From NCBI RefSeq assembly GCF_000315625.1, contig NW_005434665.1:1004796-1068795 (forward strand): DNA of 64,000 bases. Reading direction: 5' to 3'. This stretch comes from Guillardia theta CCMP2712 (lineage: Eukaryota > Protista > Cryptophyta). The notes below the pieces were generated by a model. The model did not search any database and was not told the origin of the DNA. It saw nothing but the letters and a program-made list of their open reading frames with translations. A program made the translations under genes and the position numbers. Of the stretch, positions 37,517-50,400 are shown piece by piece (position 1 is the stretch's first letter; each line of letters opens with the position of its first letter).

Positions 37517-40047
37517 CTACCAAGACCACTTGCTGTTGATTTTCAACCACAAGATTCCTGCGTTTGAGAATGGAGAGACATCATCTCGTTTCTTGAACCT
37601 GATTCTCACTGATGCTTCTCCAAGCATCACACTGACAGGGCTCACCACATACGTCGCATGTGCAAAACATTTCCTTGCTATCCGTTCTCTTGCTACAAGT
37701 GCGGAGCTTTCAATGAGATAGAGATGCAACGAATCTTTCCGTGCTTCCCCACCAGACACCTTAGGCACATGTCAGTCTAGTTGCCACAGGCATGGCAGAT
37801 GTTACGATTGGGAAGGGCGGCAAATGCTGAGCAACCTCAGAGCTGAATGTTTTGATCGCAGTTGAGAAAATTTCCTCCCCGTCATAGATTGCAACGAGAG
37901 ATAAACTCGAGGACGCAAATGGCAGAGGCGTCGCCATTTCCAACGTGTGGATAGCGATCATAACCTCCAAGGTCCCTCCCATCTCTATCCGCATCTGGTG
38001 GAACAACATCTCGTTGGTTGGCATGCTAACGACGTCAACAGTGTCGTCAAGCCGTCTGGAGGATCTCGGGATCGACTTGGACATGTCGCTCAGTCCGCAT
38101 TCCTCGTGACAATTGACGGCAAAGTGATGTGCTGGGCTGCTCTGCTCGTCAAACTGAGCCTCACTTCTCCTCAGGCCCATCACGCCGGCCGTGCTGTTGG
38201 TGGGGCACAGGCAGACTCGAAGCTGAGAAGCGTCTTGCTCCTGTGTGTCTCCCAGCTTGACGACGCAGAGGTCATACTGCCTTGTGAATATCGAGGGGTC
38301 TGAAGTCACGCGATACGCGAAGGTCAAGCTGCTTATCTCTTGCGCGCTGACTGTCACTTTCCATCCGAGCCGTTCAGCTGAGTCAACAAGTTTCTTGAAC
38401 TCTCCGTCGCTTGCGCTTTCGAAACCGAATCGATGCGAGACGAAGAGCAGCGAAGGCTGAAAGACGTCGGTTACCTTCTTGCCCTTCATGTCCGTCAAGA
38501 GGAGGAAGGGGCTCAAAAACGCTTTCGATTTGACCAGCTGGGTTGTGTCCCTGAGCTCGTCGTGATACGCATCGTGAGGGCACTCGAAGAAGAGCCCCAC
38601 GTTCTGCAGCATCCCAGCTATCATGTTGCTGTCTGCCTTGCGCATACCCAGCTCTGCTGAGAACTCGTCGACAAGAGGCCGCGTGCTGACTATGACGCCG
38701 TAAGGGATGACTGCATGTGGCTCTTTCAGCGTCATGTTTCGCAAGCACATGATACTTTTCACTTGCAGCGATCGATTGCCAAACCGAATGATCCTCATCA
38801 TGAGCTCCACTCCTCCCCCGACGATGATGCGAGCTGGGTTCTTACACGCCACGTTCTGCAGCACGTCCAGCGCTGTTTGCCGATGCTCGTTGGTGGGACT
38901 TTCTCCCTCCTTGAGCAGTTGTAGAAGGTACTTCAGCCCGCCATTGGCACACACGATGTTGCAAGCTCTCAAGTCTTTCGTCAAACTCCATATCACCTTG
39001 ATGCTCAGGAGCTGAACCGGGAGGATGTCCTTCTTTGCGATGGCGAGCAGAAGAGCAACACTCCTATCGCTTATCTCTTCTCGCGTTATGCTTCTCGTCA
39101 CTGATTTCTTCATCCTTGCGGCATGTGCAAATGTTTCCTTGCAGGCGTCGTCGATGAACTCGCCATTCCACACCCTCCCTTCGCTGAGCGAGATTCTCAG
39201 CAGCTCCTCGAGAACGTCTCGTCGTGACAAGTTTGACTGACGCGCAAAGGGGCTGGAGGGATCAGCGAAGGATGTTTCATTGAGAGCATCCAAGAGGAGA
39301 GACAGGCTGTCATGCACATGAGCGAAGCTCTTGTCTTTCTTGACGTTCAGGTCTGGATCTTTCAGAGGCATTGGAGATGCTCAGTTGCATTGACCTTCAC
39401 GTCAATCATCTTTCTCCTTCTCCTGCTGCTCTCCCGCCTCTCTCAAGCCTCCCCCCCCCCCCCCACCCGTGATTACCCCTCCTCCTCCTCCTCCTCCTCC
39501 TCCTCCTCCTCCTCCTCCTCCTCCTCCTCCTCCTCCTCGTCCACCTCCCCCCCCCCCTCCCCCGGTCTCCCCCTTGTTCTCTTCCCATCGCATGCGGTGC
39601 CTCTATCTTGTAGGCGCATCTGCAAGGACCTACACAGACTTGCTGGAGGGGGGGGCGGAGAAGAGGAAGAGGGAAGAGGAGCGAGGGGGGAGGAGGAGAG
39701 GAAGGGGAGGGGGGAGGATGGAAGAGGAGAGGGAGGGAAGATACGAGGGGAGAGGAGGAGAGTTCGATGTTCTAGACGATTTCGACTGACAGCTCAAAAC
39801 TTGCGATGTCAAGTCGAACCAAGAAGCATTCTACAGGACATGAAATGTACGAGTCTTCTATCATCAAAGGGCTTTCAACCATATGCAAGCGAGCTGAAGA
39901 GAAGGACTGAGTGAACCAGGACGGTGGAAGTAACGAATTCCTCCTCCAATATCTTTTAGAAGTCTTGCTCCAAATCCCAAGTTTCAATTTCACTTCAACC
40001 TCAAAAGACATACCAAAGTAAAGCAAGCCTTCATCCATCGCTACCAT
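37517..40047 (-). CDS. Armadillo-repeat protein with a possible C-terminal C2-like domain; upstream exons uncertain
   Basis: 536-codon exon (37761-39371) with ARM-like units (IVCANGGLKYLLQLL, ALDVLQNVA, GGGVELMMRII, SIMCLRNMT); beta-rich tail; small candidate exons up to ~40047. Confidence 0.6.
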
Positions 40048-40149
40048 AGCCGTCGCCGTATCATCACACCTTCCATAACAAGACAAAGATGGACTCGACA
40101 ACCACTGCTCTGAGCTCAGCAAAGTTCTTCTCTCTAGTCCCGCCGCAGA

Positions 40150-40827
40150 TCATCTTCTTGCGCTCTTGCCGTCTTCTTCCCTTCGCTCCTGTAGCCGATG
40201 CCCCGCGCCCCTCCATGGCCTCTGCAGCCAGTTGGAGACGAGGAGCCAGAACATGGTCACGGCCTCCAGCGCGATGATGGAGTCCCTCCAGGACAGGTGG
40301 AAGTAGCTCGGCTTGGAGCGGGTACAGAGGTAGACGAAGAGCGCATCGAAGAGCGATTGAAACAGCAGCGTCCTTCTGATCGAGCTCAGTGAAGCTGCCA
40401 TCAGCACGTAGTACAACTTCATGATCTGCATCACAAACAGAGTGAAGGAGAAAGCGACGAAAGCCATGATTCCTAACAGGCCATGGCTGCTTCTTTCCTC
40501 GAGGAACCCGAGGCCTCCTGGCTGTCTGGCAACGTTGAACACGACGAGGAGCCCTTCGAAGCATCCGTACGCCCATGCCGTTCCGCAGAGGTAGACGAAG
40601 AACTTGAAGACCAGCGGGATGTCCGACCTCCCCACTTCCCTCACGCCTCCTCGCAAGCGCAGGGCACCGACAACAGAACAACATTGCTTCTGATGCTTCT
40701 GATGCTTCTGATGCAATAGAAAAGCTCTTGCTGGACCCGCTTGCCTTCTCGTCAACTGTCCGACGTTTGCAGGCAAGGCCTCAACGCAGAGAACGCCAAG
40801 GAAGAGAATCAAAAACTTTGCAATCAT
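40150..40827 (-). CDS. Multi-pass membrane protein with signal peptide and LRLRGG motif
   Basis: Single 225-aa ORF: MIAKFLILFLGVLCVEA, ALRLRGG at aa ~55-61, then about four hydrophobic helices. Confidence 0.75.
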   Translation of the reverse strand: MIAKFLILFLGVLCVEALPANVGQLTRRQAGPARAFLLHQKHQKHQKQCCSVVGALRLRGGVREVGRSDIPLVFKFFVYLCGTAWAYGCFEGLLVVFNVARQPGGLGFLEERSSHGLLGIMAFVAFSFTLFVMQIMKLYYVLMAASLSSIRRTLLFQSLFDALFVYLCTRSKPSYFHLSWRDSIIALEAVTMFWLLVSNWLQRPWRGAGHRLQERREEDGKSARR

Positions 40828-41316
40828 TTCACGCTCAACCTCTCAGCAGGGACGAAGAATGCACATGCCCTGATGGTTTGTGAATTTTTTCTTCTGAGGG
40901 GAGGGAGACTTCCAAGAAAATTTCTTCACTCACCTCCGTTCACTCGATCTCGTGCTCGACTACTTCTTCATATCACACTCTCAATTCCTGAACAAACCTC
41001 TGTTTCCCTCCTTGCACTATCCTCTCCTCCTCTCCTCCTCTCCTCCTCTCCTCTCCTCTCCTCTCCTCCTCTCCTCCTCTCCTCTCCTCTTCTCTTCTTC
41101 TCCTCTCACCGTCCTCTCCTCTCTTCTTTGCCTCTCGCCGCTCCTCCTCTGGTCTGCCAAAGTAGGACTGACATCAACCCTGCTGACACCCCCACCCCCC
41201 CATATTCTTCTTTCCATTTTTACCCCCTTTTTAATACTCAAATCAACCCCTCATGTATGACCCACCCCTTTTTACCCAGGCTTTCTGGGAAAGGGACATA
41301 CAAGGGGCAAGCGGCC

Positions 41317-42603
41317 ATGATGGCAGGTAGGACGCGAGCGGCAGCAGCCGCAGGCGTCGCGATGCTGCTTTGCTCTTGCAGTGTGGAGGCCTTCTATGGG
41401 GGAAGCAGCATGCTTCCTCGTGCTCAGCTGCTTCAGAGACACGCTGTGTCTGCACGAAGATCTCCCAAGACTGCGGTATGCATGGCAGCAGCCAGTAACA
41501 ACGCAGACAAAAGCGTTGATGCTATCAAGTCAGAGGTGGGATCAATCCTTCAAGGCTCACCAGTTTCTATTCCTGACGCCAAGAGCACCATGTCTGAGCA
41601 AGCTCCTCGCGGAAGCGCTACAAAGATGCTGCAAGATAATGAACCTGAACCCTTCAAGGACCCCAGCCGGACGCCTCCTCCCAAGTCATTCCGCATGTGC
41701 GTGGAACAAGCTTACCTCTCGGCGAAGCAGGCGATTGAGGATGGACACAAGCTGATCGAGATTGAGTTTCCTCCGCTTCCGCAATCTGCCATGGACAACG
41801 AGGCTATCGGAGCTGACACGATCTTGAAGGCTCAAATCCAGCACTCGACTGACTTTGCGAAATTGTTCAAGAACAAGAAGACTGCCATCGTCTTCGCTGA
41901 TATTGTTGAGAGGAATCGATTCATCGACGACGAGACTTCCTCCAACCCGCAATCATGGAGGGGAAACATCCGCTTCACGGCGTTGAAGGGAGGGTTCAAG
42001 GGATCGCTCATTGAGCGCGTGTGGATCAACAAAGACTTCGTGTCGGAAGTGCAGGAAGACGACGATATGTTCATCATCATCGGAGCTTCTGCTCAAGAGC
42101 TGCCTGACGTGCGAGAGCTCTGCAAGGCGGCTGGTGATCGACCGGTCATCCTGTTCAACCTCAAGCTGCAGGTGCTGAGGGGAGACTTTGGCCTCCCCTT
42201 CTTCCCTTCAAAGAGCTTGCACAACGACTGGCTGTGCGAGGCTCTGCCCGCATACTTCATGCTCCCCAAGTCCTACACCAAGACCATCGCCGGCCCTCCC
42301 TTCCTGATCAACTACTCTGGCGCTCTCTTCCGAACGTATCCGGGCAAGTGGCAGATGCTGTTGGAGGTCCCCGACGAGGACGGAGGCGGGAGGTATCAGC
42401 GTGTGCGGATGCTCGACAAGCGACCTGCCCTCTCCGACGTTCGTGAGGAGCTGGCCAAGGAACTTCAGCTCGACGGCCTGGATGGGGAGGAGGGGCAGGA
42501 GATCTTTGGGCTGAACTTGAAGCAGCTCAGGAACGGAGTCGTCGTCAAGACTTGGTGGGAGAAGGATCTGGATGATGCCAAGTCCGACAAGTGGCGATCG
42601 TAG
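41317..42603 (+). CDS. LPA3: Plastid-targeted DUF1995 protein, LPA3-like (PSII assembly)
   Basis: Signal peptide ending VEA-F followed by a transit-like region; AKQAIEDGHKLIEIEFPPLP, LFNLKLQVLRGDFGLPFFPSK, PPFLINYSGALFRTYPGKWQ; intronless. The ORF-track start at 40741 is an upstream in-frame extension. Confidence 0.85.
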   Translation: MMAGRTRAAAAAGVAMLLCSCSVEAFYGGSSMLPRAQLLQRHAVSARRSPKTAVCMAAASNNADKSVDAIKSEVGSILQGSPVSIPDAKSTMSEQAPRGSATKMLQDNEPEPFKDPSRTPPPKSFRMCVEQAYLSAKQAIEDGHKLIEIEFPPLPQSAMDNEAIGADTILKAQIQHSTDFAKLFKNKKTAIVFADIVERNRFIDDETSSNPQSWRGNIRFTALKGGFKGSLIERVWINKDFVSEVQEDDDMFIIIGASAQELPDVRELCKAAGDRPVILFNLKLQVLRGDFGLPFFPSKSLHNDWLCEALPAYFMLPKSYTKTIAGPPFLINYSGALFRTYPGKWQMLLEVPDEDGGGRYQRVRMLDKRPALSDVREELAKELQLDGLDGEEGQEIFGLNLKQLRNGVVVKTWWEKDLDDAKSDKWRS

Positions 42604-42931
42604 ACTGAGGAATGTAACTGTATGGTTGACAACAACAACAACAACAACCGCATCTCTTCCCCTTCCACTTTTTCCCCCATGCAACCAGTACGAACATTCA
42701 TCGTAGTCTTCAAAGTGTTAGTCATGTTGAAAGATTCTGTGCCACTCCTTCCTCTTCCTCTCCTTCCTGCTCCTTCTTCCCCTCCTTCCCCACCTTCGTC
42801 GCATCCATCCTCTTACCCCCTCCCTCCCGCTCACCCCTGCTCCCCCGCCACCCCCCCCCTCTGCCATGTGGGCACATTTTCAGTTTTGATTTGGTTCCCG
42901 CCCCAGGCCCCTCCGACATAAGGCGACGGCC

Positions 42932-44356
42932 ATGGCAGGCGGCGGCAGTGCAGGAGCGCAGGCGGTCGCGGAGATCCTGGGGGAGGAGAGAGAGAAGATG
43001 GACGAGGCCGTGCTCAAGTTCTTGGAGGGGGTCATGGAGGTGTGACCGTCGGCGCTCGTGAGGACATGGCTCGCTCTTGACGTTGTTGGCAGGAGTTCCT
43101 TGGCCAAGGGACGATCGAGGGGCAGGAGGAGGACGACGAGGGGTTGACCCGCTTCTGCCTGCCGTTCGTGGAAGACTACATCGAGCAGGAGACGTTCAAG
43201 ATGAGGCTCATGCGCGTTAAGGGGAAAGAGAACCATCCTGTTGATAACCAGCTCCCGCACCTCCCTGACAAGCTCCCCACGGAATGCAACAAGCGCATGC
43301 TGCCTCCCTCAGCCTCGCCGAGAGTCGCAGCAAGCCCACGACCATCTCCTCCCAAGCCCCTGCGAGTGCAGCAGGGAGAGGCGAGGGAAGGAGGCGAGAA
43401 GAGGCGAGTGGAGGGCCAAGCAGTGGGCCGGCAGACGTGGAGCAGAACGTTCGCGTCAGTGAAGGAGCTTGTTGAGACGCTGTGTGTGTCTGCTGTGGAG
43501 CAGACGGTGGTGGAGTATGTGTCAAACATCCTCACGGATGGCGTCAACGACGCGGACCAAGAGGAAGATATGCAGGAGGTGATCGCGAGCCTTCTCCCAG
43601 ACCTCGCTGCGCGGCTCGACAAGGAGCAAGGTTGGAAGGATCTGTTTGAGAAAGTCAGAGACGTCCTTTCTCAGCTCGCCCAGCATGAGCAGCCGGTCAG
43701 CCAAGATCATCGATCGCAGGTGTCGTCGAGCTCAGCAGCCGCTCCATCGGAGGCACGGGAGGAGGAGGACGATCAGGAGAGGAGGAGGAAGGAGCAAGAA
43801 TGGGAGGATGTGGAGTCAGAGGAGTTGAACAGCATGCATGAGATTTTTCCAAACAGCAGCAAGGCAGAGCTCGAATACTTCCTAGCAACGAGCAAGTCAA
43901 CGGAGGAGGTGAAAGGTTTCTCAGGTTGCCGTGTTTCTGATCTCTTCTCGTGACCCGCAGGCTATCGAGCGCTTGTTCGAACATCTCCAGCTGCAGTCCA
44001 TGGCAGTCTCAGCAGAGCAGAGGGAGCAAGAGAGGAAGATGTTTGAGAGCGAGTACAGAGGAGCCATGCGCCAGCGGGTGCTGGAGCAGTATGACAAGGT
44101 GGAAGAGGAGGCGAGGGTGGAGAAGGGAAAGCCTTGCCCGCGTCCTGTGGTGCACAAGAGTGGAGCGATAGAGCGAGCGCTGGAGCAGATGAAGAGCCAT
44201 GAGGTGAAGCAGATGCAGAGATTCATCAACAACGAGGTTGTCTCGCACAAGGGGGAAAGATTCATCCTTGAGAAACGACAGGAGGATCCCAGCACCTTCG
44301 TCGGGCTCAAGATCAAGTCCAAGGGAAAACGAGGGCCCAGCCCTAACTTCAAGTGA
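42932..44356 (+). CDS. CUE-domain protein, CUEDC2-like
   Basis: VVEYVSNIL, ELNSMHEIFPNSSKAELEYFL...EEAIERL (CUE-like) and C-terminal RFINNEVVSHKGERFI typical of CUEDC2; two introns. Confidence 0.7.
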
Positions 44357-44499
44357 ACTACTGCTTCTCCTCCCTTTGCTGTTTCTGCTCCTTCGTCTCC
44401 GTCTCTTGTTCCCCTCCTCCTCCTCCTCCCTTCCTCCTCCATCTCTGCTTCCTGCTCTTTCTTCTTTATATACACATATCAATGAATATCCTTGATCCC

Positions 44500-47400
44500 T
44501 CATCTTCCTCCTCTGACGGGTACGCTGGTCGATGGGCGGAAGCTTTCTGTCGGAGCGGAGGAGGAGGGAGCTTGCTGCTGGAAGGCGGAGGGCTGCGAAC
44601 TCTTCTCCTGCTGCAAGATCTGTGCCCCTCCCACGACCTTCCGCTCGTTGACAAGAACGACATGCTGCTCGGCCTGTGGGGCCGCAATGCTCTCCCTGTC
44701 CACGTTCCCCTCCTCGCAAGGGCCCAGCATGATGCTCTGGACGAAGCTCTTGCCCAGGTCTCGACGATCAGCGTCGGGAGCAGGGCGCAGGTACCCCATG
44801 TGCACGTAGAGGCCGTCGACAGCGACGTGAACTTCGGAGACCCCTCGGGACGGAGTTCTCGAGTAGTTCCAGATCTGAATCATGGAGAGAGTTACAGGTG
44901 CGTCGAAGAGCACAAAGATCCTGTTCGTCCCCTCCTTCGCTAGAGGAGCCAACCACAGATGCTGTGCGTCCCACGTGTCGTTGACCCCGTCCACTAGCTT
45001 GTCGGGTGTGCGGCAATCTCCTCCTCCTCTCTCCCTCACCTCCGGCAGCTCGTTGATACTGCCGGGAACCGCCACGATCTGCTTGGGCTGCAGGTTGATC
45101 TCGTTGCCGAGCTCATCGAACAGCTTGATGCCGTTGAGGCCGATGTAGTAGAGGTCGCCATGGCTGGCTGCCAGCACGAAGCTCACCGTCAGCCCGCGGG
45201 GAAGGCAGGGGGCGTCGCACATGGGATGCAGGCGAGCGAGGCTCTGAGCGAGGGACTTGGGAGACTCGTTGAGGCTGCGAGGAAGGGACCAGCGCGTCTG
45301 AGTGAGCGCCTCCTCCATGGTAATGGTCTGCCCGAAGTCGAACATGGCGTGTCCGGGAGCCTTGCGCAGGACGAAGCCGCAGTCCGGGGAGACGAGTCGG
45401 CCGTCGAGCATGAGGAGAACCCTCTTGGCTCCCCGGGTTGCGTCCTCGGCGCTCTTGTTGTAGTTCCATAGCCTGACGGCTGCGACGCTGGTGGGGGCGA
45501 GAAGGTCAAATTGGAGGAGGTGGGAGGCGCCGGGGGTGAAGGGGATGAGCCACATGTGATGGTCGTCGGAGGTCACGTTGTGCCCGTCGATGAGCTTGTC
45601 CTTGGTGCGAGGGTCGGCATGGCTGCCCGGGATGTCGTTGAGGTCGCGGGGGTTGGCGAAGATCTAGAGGGAGAGTGAGAGGAGGGAGGGAAGGGAGTGG
45701 GAGGAGGAAGAGATATGTCAGAGAGGAGGAGAAGAGAACGGGTTGTGAGGCAAAACGAAAGAAGGGGAGGAGAAAAGGAAGAAAAGAAAGAGGACCAGGA
45801 CCAGGACCACCACCAGGAGGAGGAGGAGGAGGAGGAGGAAGGATGCAGGGTAGTCAGAACCTGATCGTCTTTCAGGGCAATCTTCTCTCCATTCTCAGAT
45901 ATGATTTCGATTCCAGTCAGCCCGGCATAGCAAGAGTCTCCCCACGTGTCAAGGATAGAGATAGCGATCTGGGTAACGAGCGCTGACATATTTCTCCCGC
46001 TCGCTGCTGTCCTGCTCGCCTCAGGCCTCAGCTCAGTCTGCTCCTCCTCCATCGACATCTTCTGCTGATCGTCTCCGGGGGTCGAGGGCCTTTCGGTAGG
46101 CTCCTCCTCCTCCTTCTTGTCCTCAGGCTTTTCGTCGTCGTCATTGAGCTGGCCGATCAGTTCCCTGTGCATGTTCGTGAGATCAGGGGAGGGGAGGGAG
46201 AGGGAGAGGGGAGGGAGAGGGGAGGGGAGGGAGAGGGAGAGGGAGAGGGAGAGGGGAGAGGAGGGGAGGGAAATATGTTCGCGGATCAGGTTTTACCTCT
46301 GGTTGTCCATGCTGGTAGCAATGGCATGGAGTAGGTTAGGATCTTGTGTGAAGAGTAAAATCTGTACCATCAAACTTCAAACACAAGAATACTACATCTC
46401 CTCCTCCTCTCACCTCTGCGTGCTCCTCGGCGTCTGCAAGGTTGCCGGGAGCTGGACGTATCTCGCCCATGAACAGCATGGTGCTGTCCAGGTAGAGCTC
46501 GACCTGCCGAGCACCGCGCGCGGCATGGATACGAGACTTGTTGTAGTTCCACACCCTGACCATCGAGACCGTTGTTGTCTCCTCCAAGTCTGCAGCATGG
46601 GCTCAACAGAGGAAACGGCGGAAGGCAGGGGGGAGGGAGAGGAGAAGAGAGGAGGGGGAGGAGAAAGGGAACGAAGAGGAGGGAGAGGAGGGAGGGAACG
46701 GAAAGGAACAATACCGATGAAAATCAGGTTCGCCTCCCCCGCCTTGAACGGCGCGAGCCACTGATGCAGGTCATCGCAGGTGCCGTTGACCCCGTCCAGC
46801 AGGTTGTCAACTGTGCGGGGATCCGAGTGATAGCCGGGCAGGCAGTTGATGTCTGCTGGCTCAGCTCGGATGTTTGCGGTGGGATCCTGGAAGGCGAGCA
46901 GCTGGCCCCTGCCGTCGAAGATCTCGATGCCTGACAGCCCCACGTAGTGGTCGTCCCCCCACGTTGAGAGGATGCGGAGCTCCAGAAGCCGCCCAGCTGG
47001 AGTTTGCGGGATGACGCAGGTGGGAGGGACTGCGCGAGATGGTGAGGATGATGGAGGAGACGAGGGAGACAGGAAGGGGGTAGAAGAGGGAGAGAGGAGA
47101 GGAGGAAAACCTCTATCCTTCGGCTGGGTTGGGATGGAGTAAATGGGAGGCTCGAGCATGCTTGTCTCTTCCCTCGCCTTCTCTTCCGCAACGCTGATGA
47201 TCTTTGCGGGCACCTTTCTAGCACTCTCCCTCATTACCAGTGACAAGGCGTCTTGTTGTGAATCCTCTTCTCCCCTCCTTCTGTTCTCAACCGACGACGA
47301 TGACTTGGCAGGCACTTGCGTCGGCGGCTGTTTGTAGCTCGCTTCTTCTTCTTTCATCTCCTCATTCTTCGCACTCACCTTCTCCTCCACCTCCTCTTGA

Positions 47401-50400
47401 GTCTTCAACTTCTCCCCACTACAACCGGAAACGTCACGCCCGGGTGAATTTTGAACGCACAGGACGTACAAGTCCGTCGAGTTTCCAATCCTTCCGAGGT
47501 GCTGAGTGCCGAAGAGCGATAGAGACTCGAGGCTCTGTGAGGTGTGAGGCAGGAGAAGACAACATGACAGGTAGGAGAAGACAACATGACAGGTAGGAGA
47601 CAACAACATGACAGGAAGGAGAAGACAACATGACAGGTAGGACAAGACAACAGAGGTCAGGCAGCACCTGTTGCACATCGGTTTCTCGAGCACGACGACC
47701 GAAACGAGGACGAGACCACGAGAAGGTTTCTTTGGTCTCAGTCTGCAGGCGATTCAATGACAGTCACTATCTCCTCTCATTTCGTCTCGTCTCGTCTCGT
47801 CTCGTCTCGTCTCGTCTCGTCTCGTCTCCAATCCTCTCACCTCATCTCATCTCATCTCATCTCATCTCATCTCATCTCATCTCATCTCATCTCATCTCAT
47901 CTCATCTCATCTCATCTCATCCCTGATCGCTGAACTGATCATCTCATCTCTCATCACCAGCAGGGGAATCTCTCCCATCACGTCCGCGCTTGGCAAACTT
48001 GGCAGAAGCTGATCGCTGCTGCTCTGCTTCGAGTCTTTCCCCGTCAGCCAGATCGGCTCTCCCTCTTCCACTGCCTTCAACGGTCAGACCCGACCGCCAG
48101 GGCTCCTCCCCATCACCGTCTCTGAGTCGAACATCCTGGACAGGCTGAACAACAAGTTTTGTCTCCTCCTCGAATGTAACAACAGGCAACTTGATCTGCA
48201 GTACACACATACTACGTCACCGGATGGTTCAAGTTGTAAAACAACTCACTCCGTCTATCAGCTCAACGGTCGTGGAAAAGTCGCTGGTGATGCTGCCACA
48301 AGCTTGTCTGACTTCTCCTTCCCATCTCTTCCTTCCGTTCTCCACGATCTTCACCCTCCTGCTCTCTCTACATCATCTCCTCTCTCCTGCACCTCATCGC
48401 TCACCTCACTCCCTTGTCCGAATCGAGCATGCTCTTGTTGTAGTTCCACAGTCGCACGGCGCCGATGCAAACTTGGGCAGGAAGGACAAAGACAATCTGC
48501 CCTCCCTCCCCCTCCTCCGACAGATACGCTGACCACATGTCCGCCTGTCCACCACATCGGGAAGCCCCGTCAATCGCTCTTCCTCTTACCCTCCTCGTCC
48601 TCCTCTCCTTCCTTGTCCTCAACGCTCCTTCCATCCTCTCTCCCTCTTCTTCTTCCCCCCTCCTCTCACATCATTGGTCGTGAGCTTGCAGCCGTTGATC
48701 AGTCGATTTGACCGATCAGTCGAGCTCTTGAACCCGAACGTTGAAACTTGAGCGTTGGCAATGCGAACCTGAGAGATGTTTTAGGCGCTAGAACTCCCCG
48801 ACACTTCTCCTCCTCTTCTCCCCACCTCCTTCTCTGCGCCCCTCCTTCCCTCTATCTCTCCTGCTTCCTCCTCCTCTCCCCTCCTTCCCTCTACCTCTCC
48901 TGCTTCCTCCTCCTCTCCCCTCCTTCCCTCTACCTCTCCTCCTTCCTCCTCCTCTCCCCTCCTTCCCTCTACCTCTCCTGCTTCCTCCTCTACTCCCCTC
49001 CTTCCCTCTACCTCTCCTCCTTCCTCTCTCACACAACTCTCCCCCTCCTCCCCTTGCTCACTGTCGGACCTTCGATCCCGTCTCGTCGAAGAGTTCAATC
49101 TCGGTGAGCCCGACAACCTGATCACGTCAACGGCCATCAGGTCACAGACTCGTCGTCACCTTCTTGTTGCCCCAGTTGGACAACACGTGGACCACAAGCT
49201 CATTGTCATGTTTCAGTTTCTCGTCATCCTCCTGTGCCAGCTGGTGCTGGCTGGAAGAAGGAGGAGGAGAAAGCCCCGACTTGTATTTTGCATCTCCTGA
49301 ATCCAAGGCAACTGCTGGAATTTGCCTCGTTTCCTTAGCCAGCTGACATCACACGTAACTACAAACGATCAGGGAATTTTGCTTTACCACACTGGAGACT
49401 GCCTTCATTGGGTCAGGCGAGCGCTCAGTTGTGGCGACAACTTCTCCTTCACAAGGATCAGAAGAGTTCTGCACGAGAAGAACGGAGAATTACTCTGGAA
49501 CAATTTCTTCTCTGACGAACCGGTCGCTGCACCTGTGTTCTGCAACACGGCAGTCAATCACTGGAACATTCCTGTCACATCCCGTACATCCTGGCTCTTT
49601 GATATTCCGATGAAGTTGTCTTTTGCAAACTCTTGTTCAACTTCAAACAGAACAAATCAAGGAAGACACCAGCATAAGTAATCTCACCCCTCGAAGAAGT
49701 CTTCGGAATCTTGGGAAAAGAGATCCCACTCAAAGGTCTGCTCTTCAAGCGTGAAGAAGGATCATCGTTGGATCCTTCACATCGTCAGCTCCTGTGTAAG
49801 TCCCCTCCTCCTCCTCCTCCTCCTCCTCCTCCTCCTCCCTCATTACCTTGGCTCGCCTTGGGAGTGCTAGCAACTTCTTCATTCTCGCGCGCCAGCGCAG
49901 CAAGTATGGCGTCGAGCTCCTTCTTGTCCTTGTTCACTGCGTTTGCAGAGGAGGAGCTCTCCGCTCCTTCCTTGACGTCTCGAGCGCTCGTTGCTCGTCG
50001 AGGGAGCAAGGAGGAGGAGGAGGCGGAGGACATAGGGGGAAGAGCACTTCGAATAATCCTCGCGTTGGATTCCTGAGCTGACATGGTCTTCGTCTTGTGA
50101 TCATCGTCAGCATGTGATAATTATGTCATCAGGTTCTCACCGACGATGGCTGTGACCAAACTTTCTCAGCTTCGTCAACGGCTGCTTCGAACTTGGAGAA
50201 GGAGAACAAGACATGTCAGGAGGAGAGCAACACACATGCTCCGTGTACCTCGTCATGCAAGCTCCCATCGCTCTCGATCTCCTCGATAGTCTTCTCGAGG
50301 GCTGCAGATACATCAGATGCTGCAGATGACATCTTGACGAGGAGGGAAGCACTTGCCTGCTGGGGACGAACATTCCTCGTCATCCTCAAACGATTCCTCG

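Noticed and set aside
40741-41316. N-terminal 190 aa of the 620-aa ORF
   Set aside because: Pyrimidine-rich divergent intergenic DNA that happens to be open; the signal peptide begins at 41317.
47550-47650. 22-bp direct repeats as a CRISPR array
   Set aside because: Head-to-tail with no unique spacers, inside an intron of a eukaryotic gene, no cas genes.
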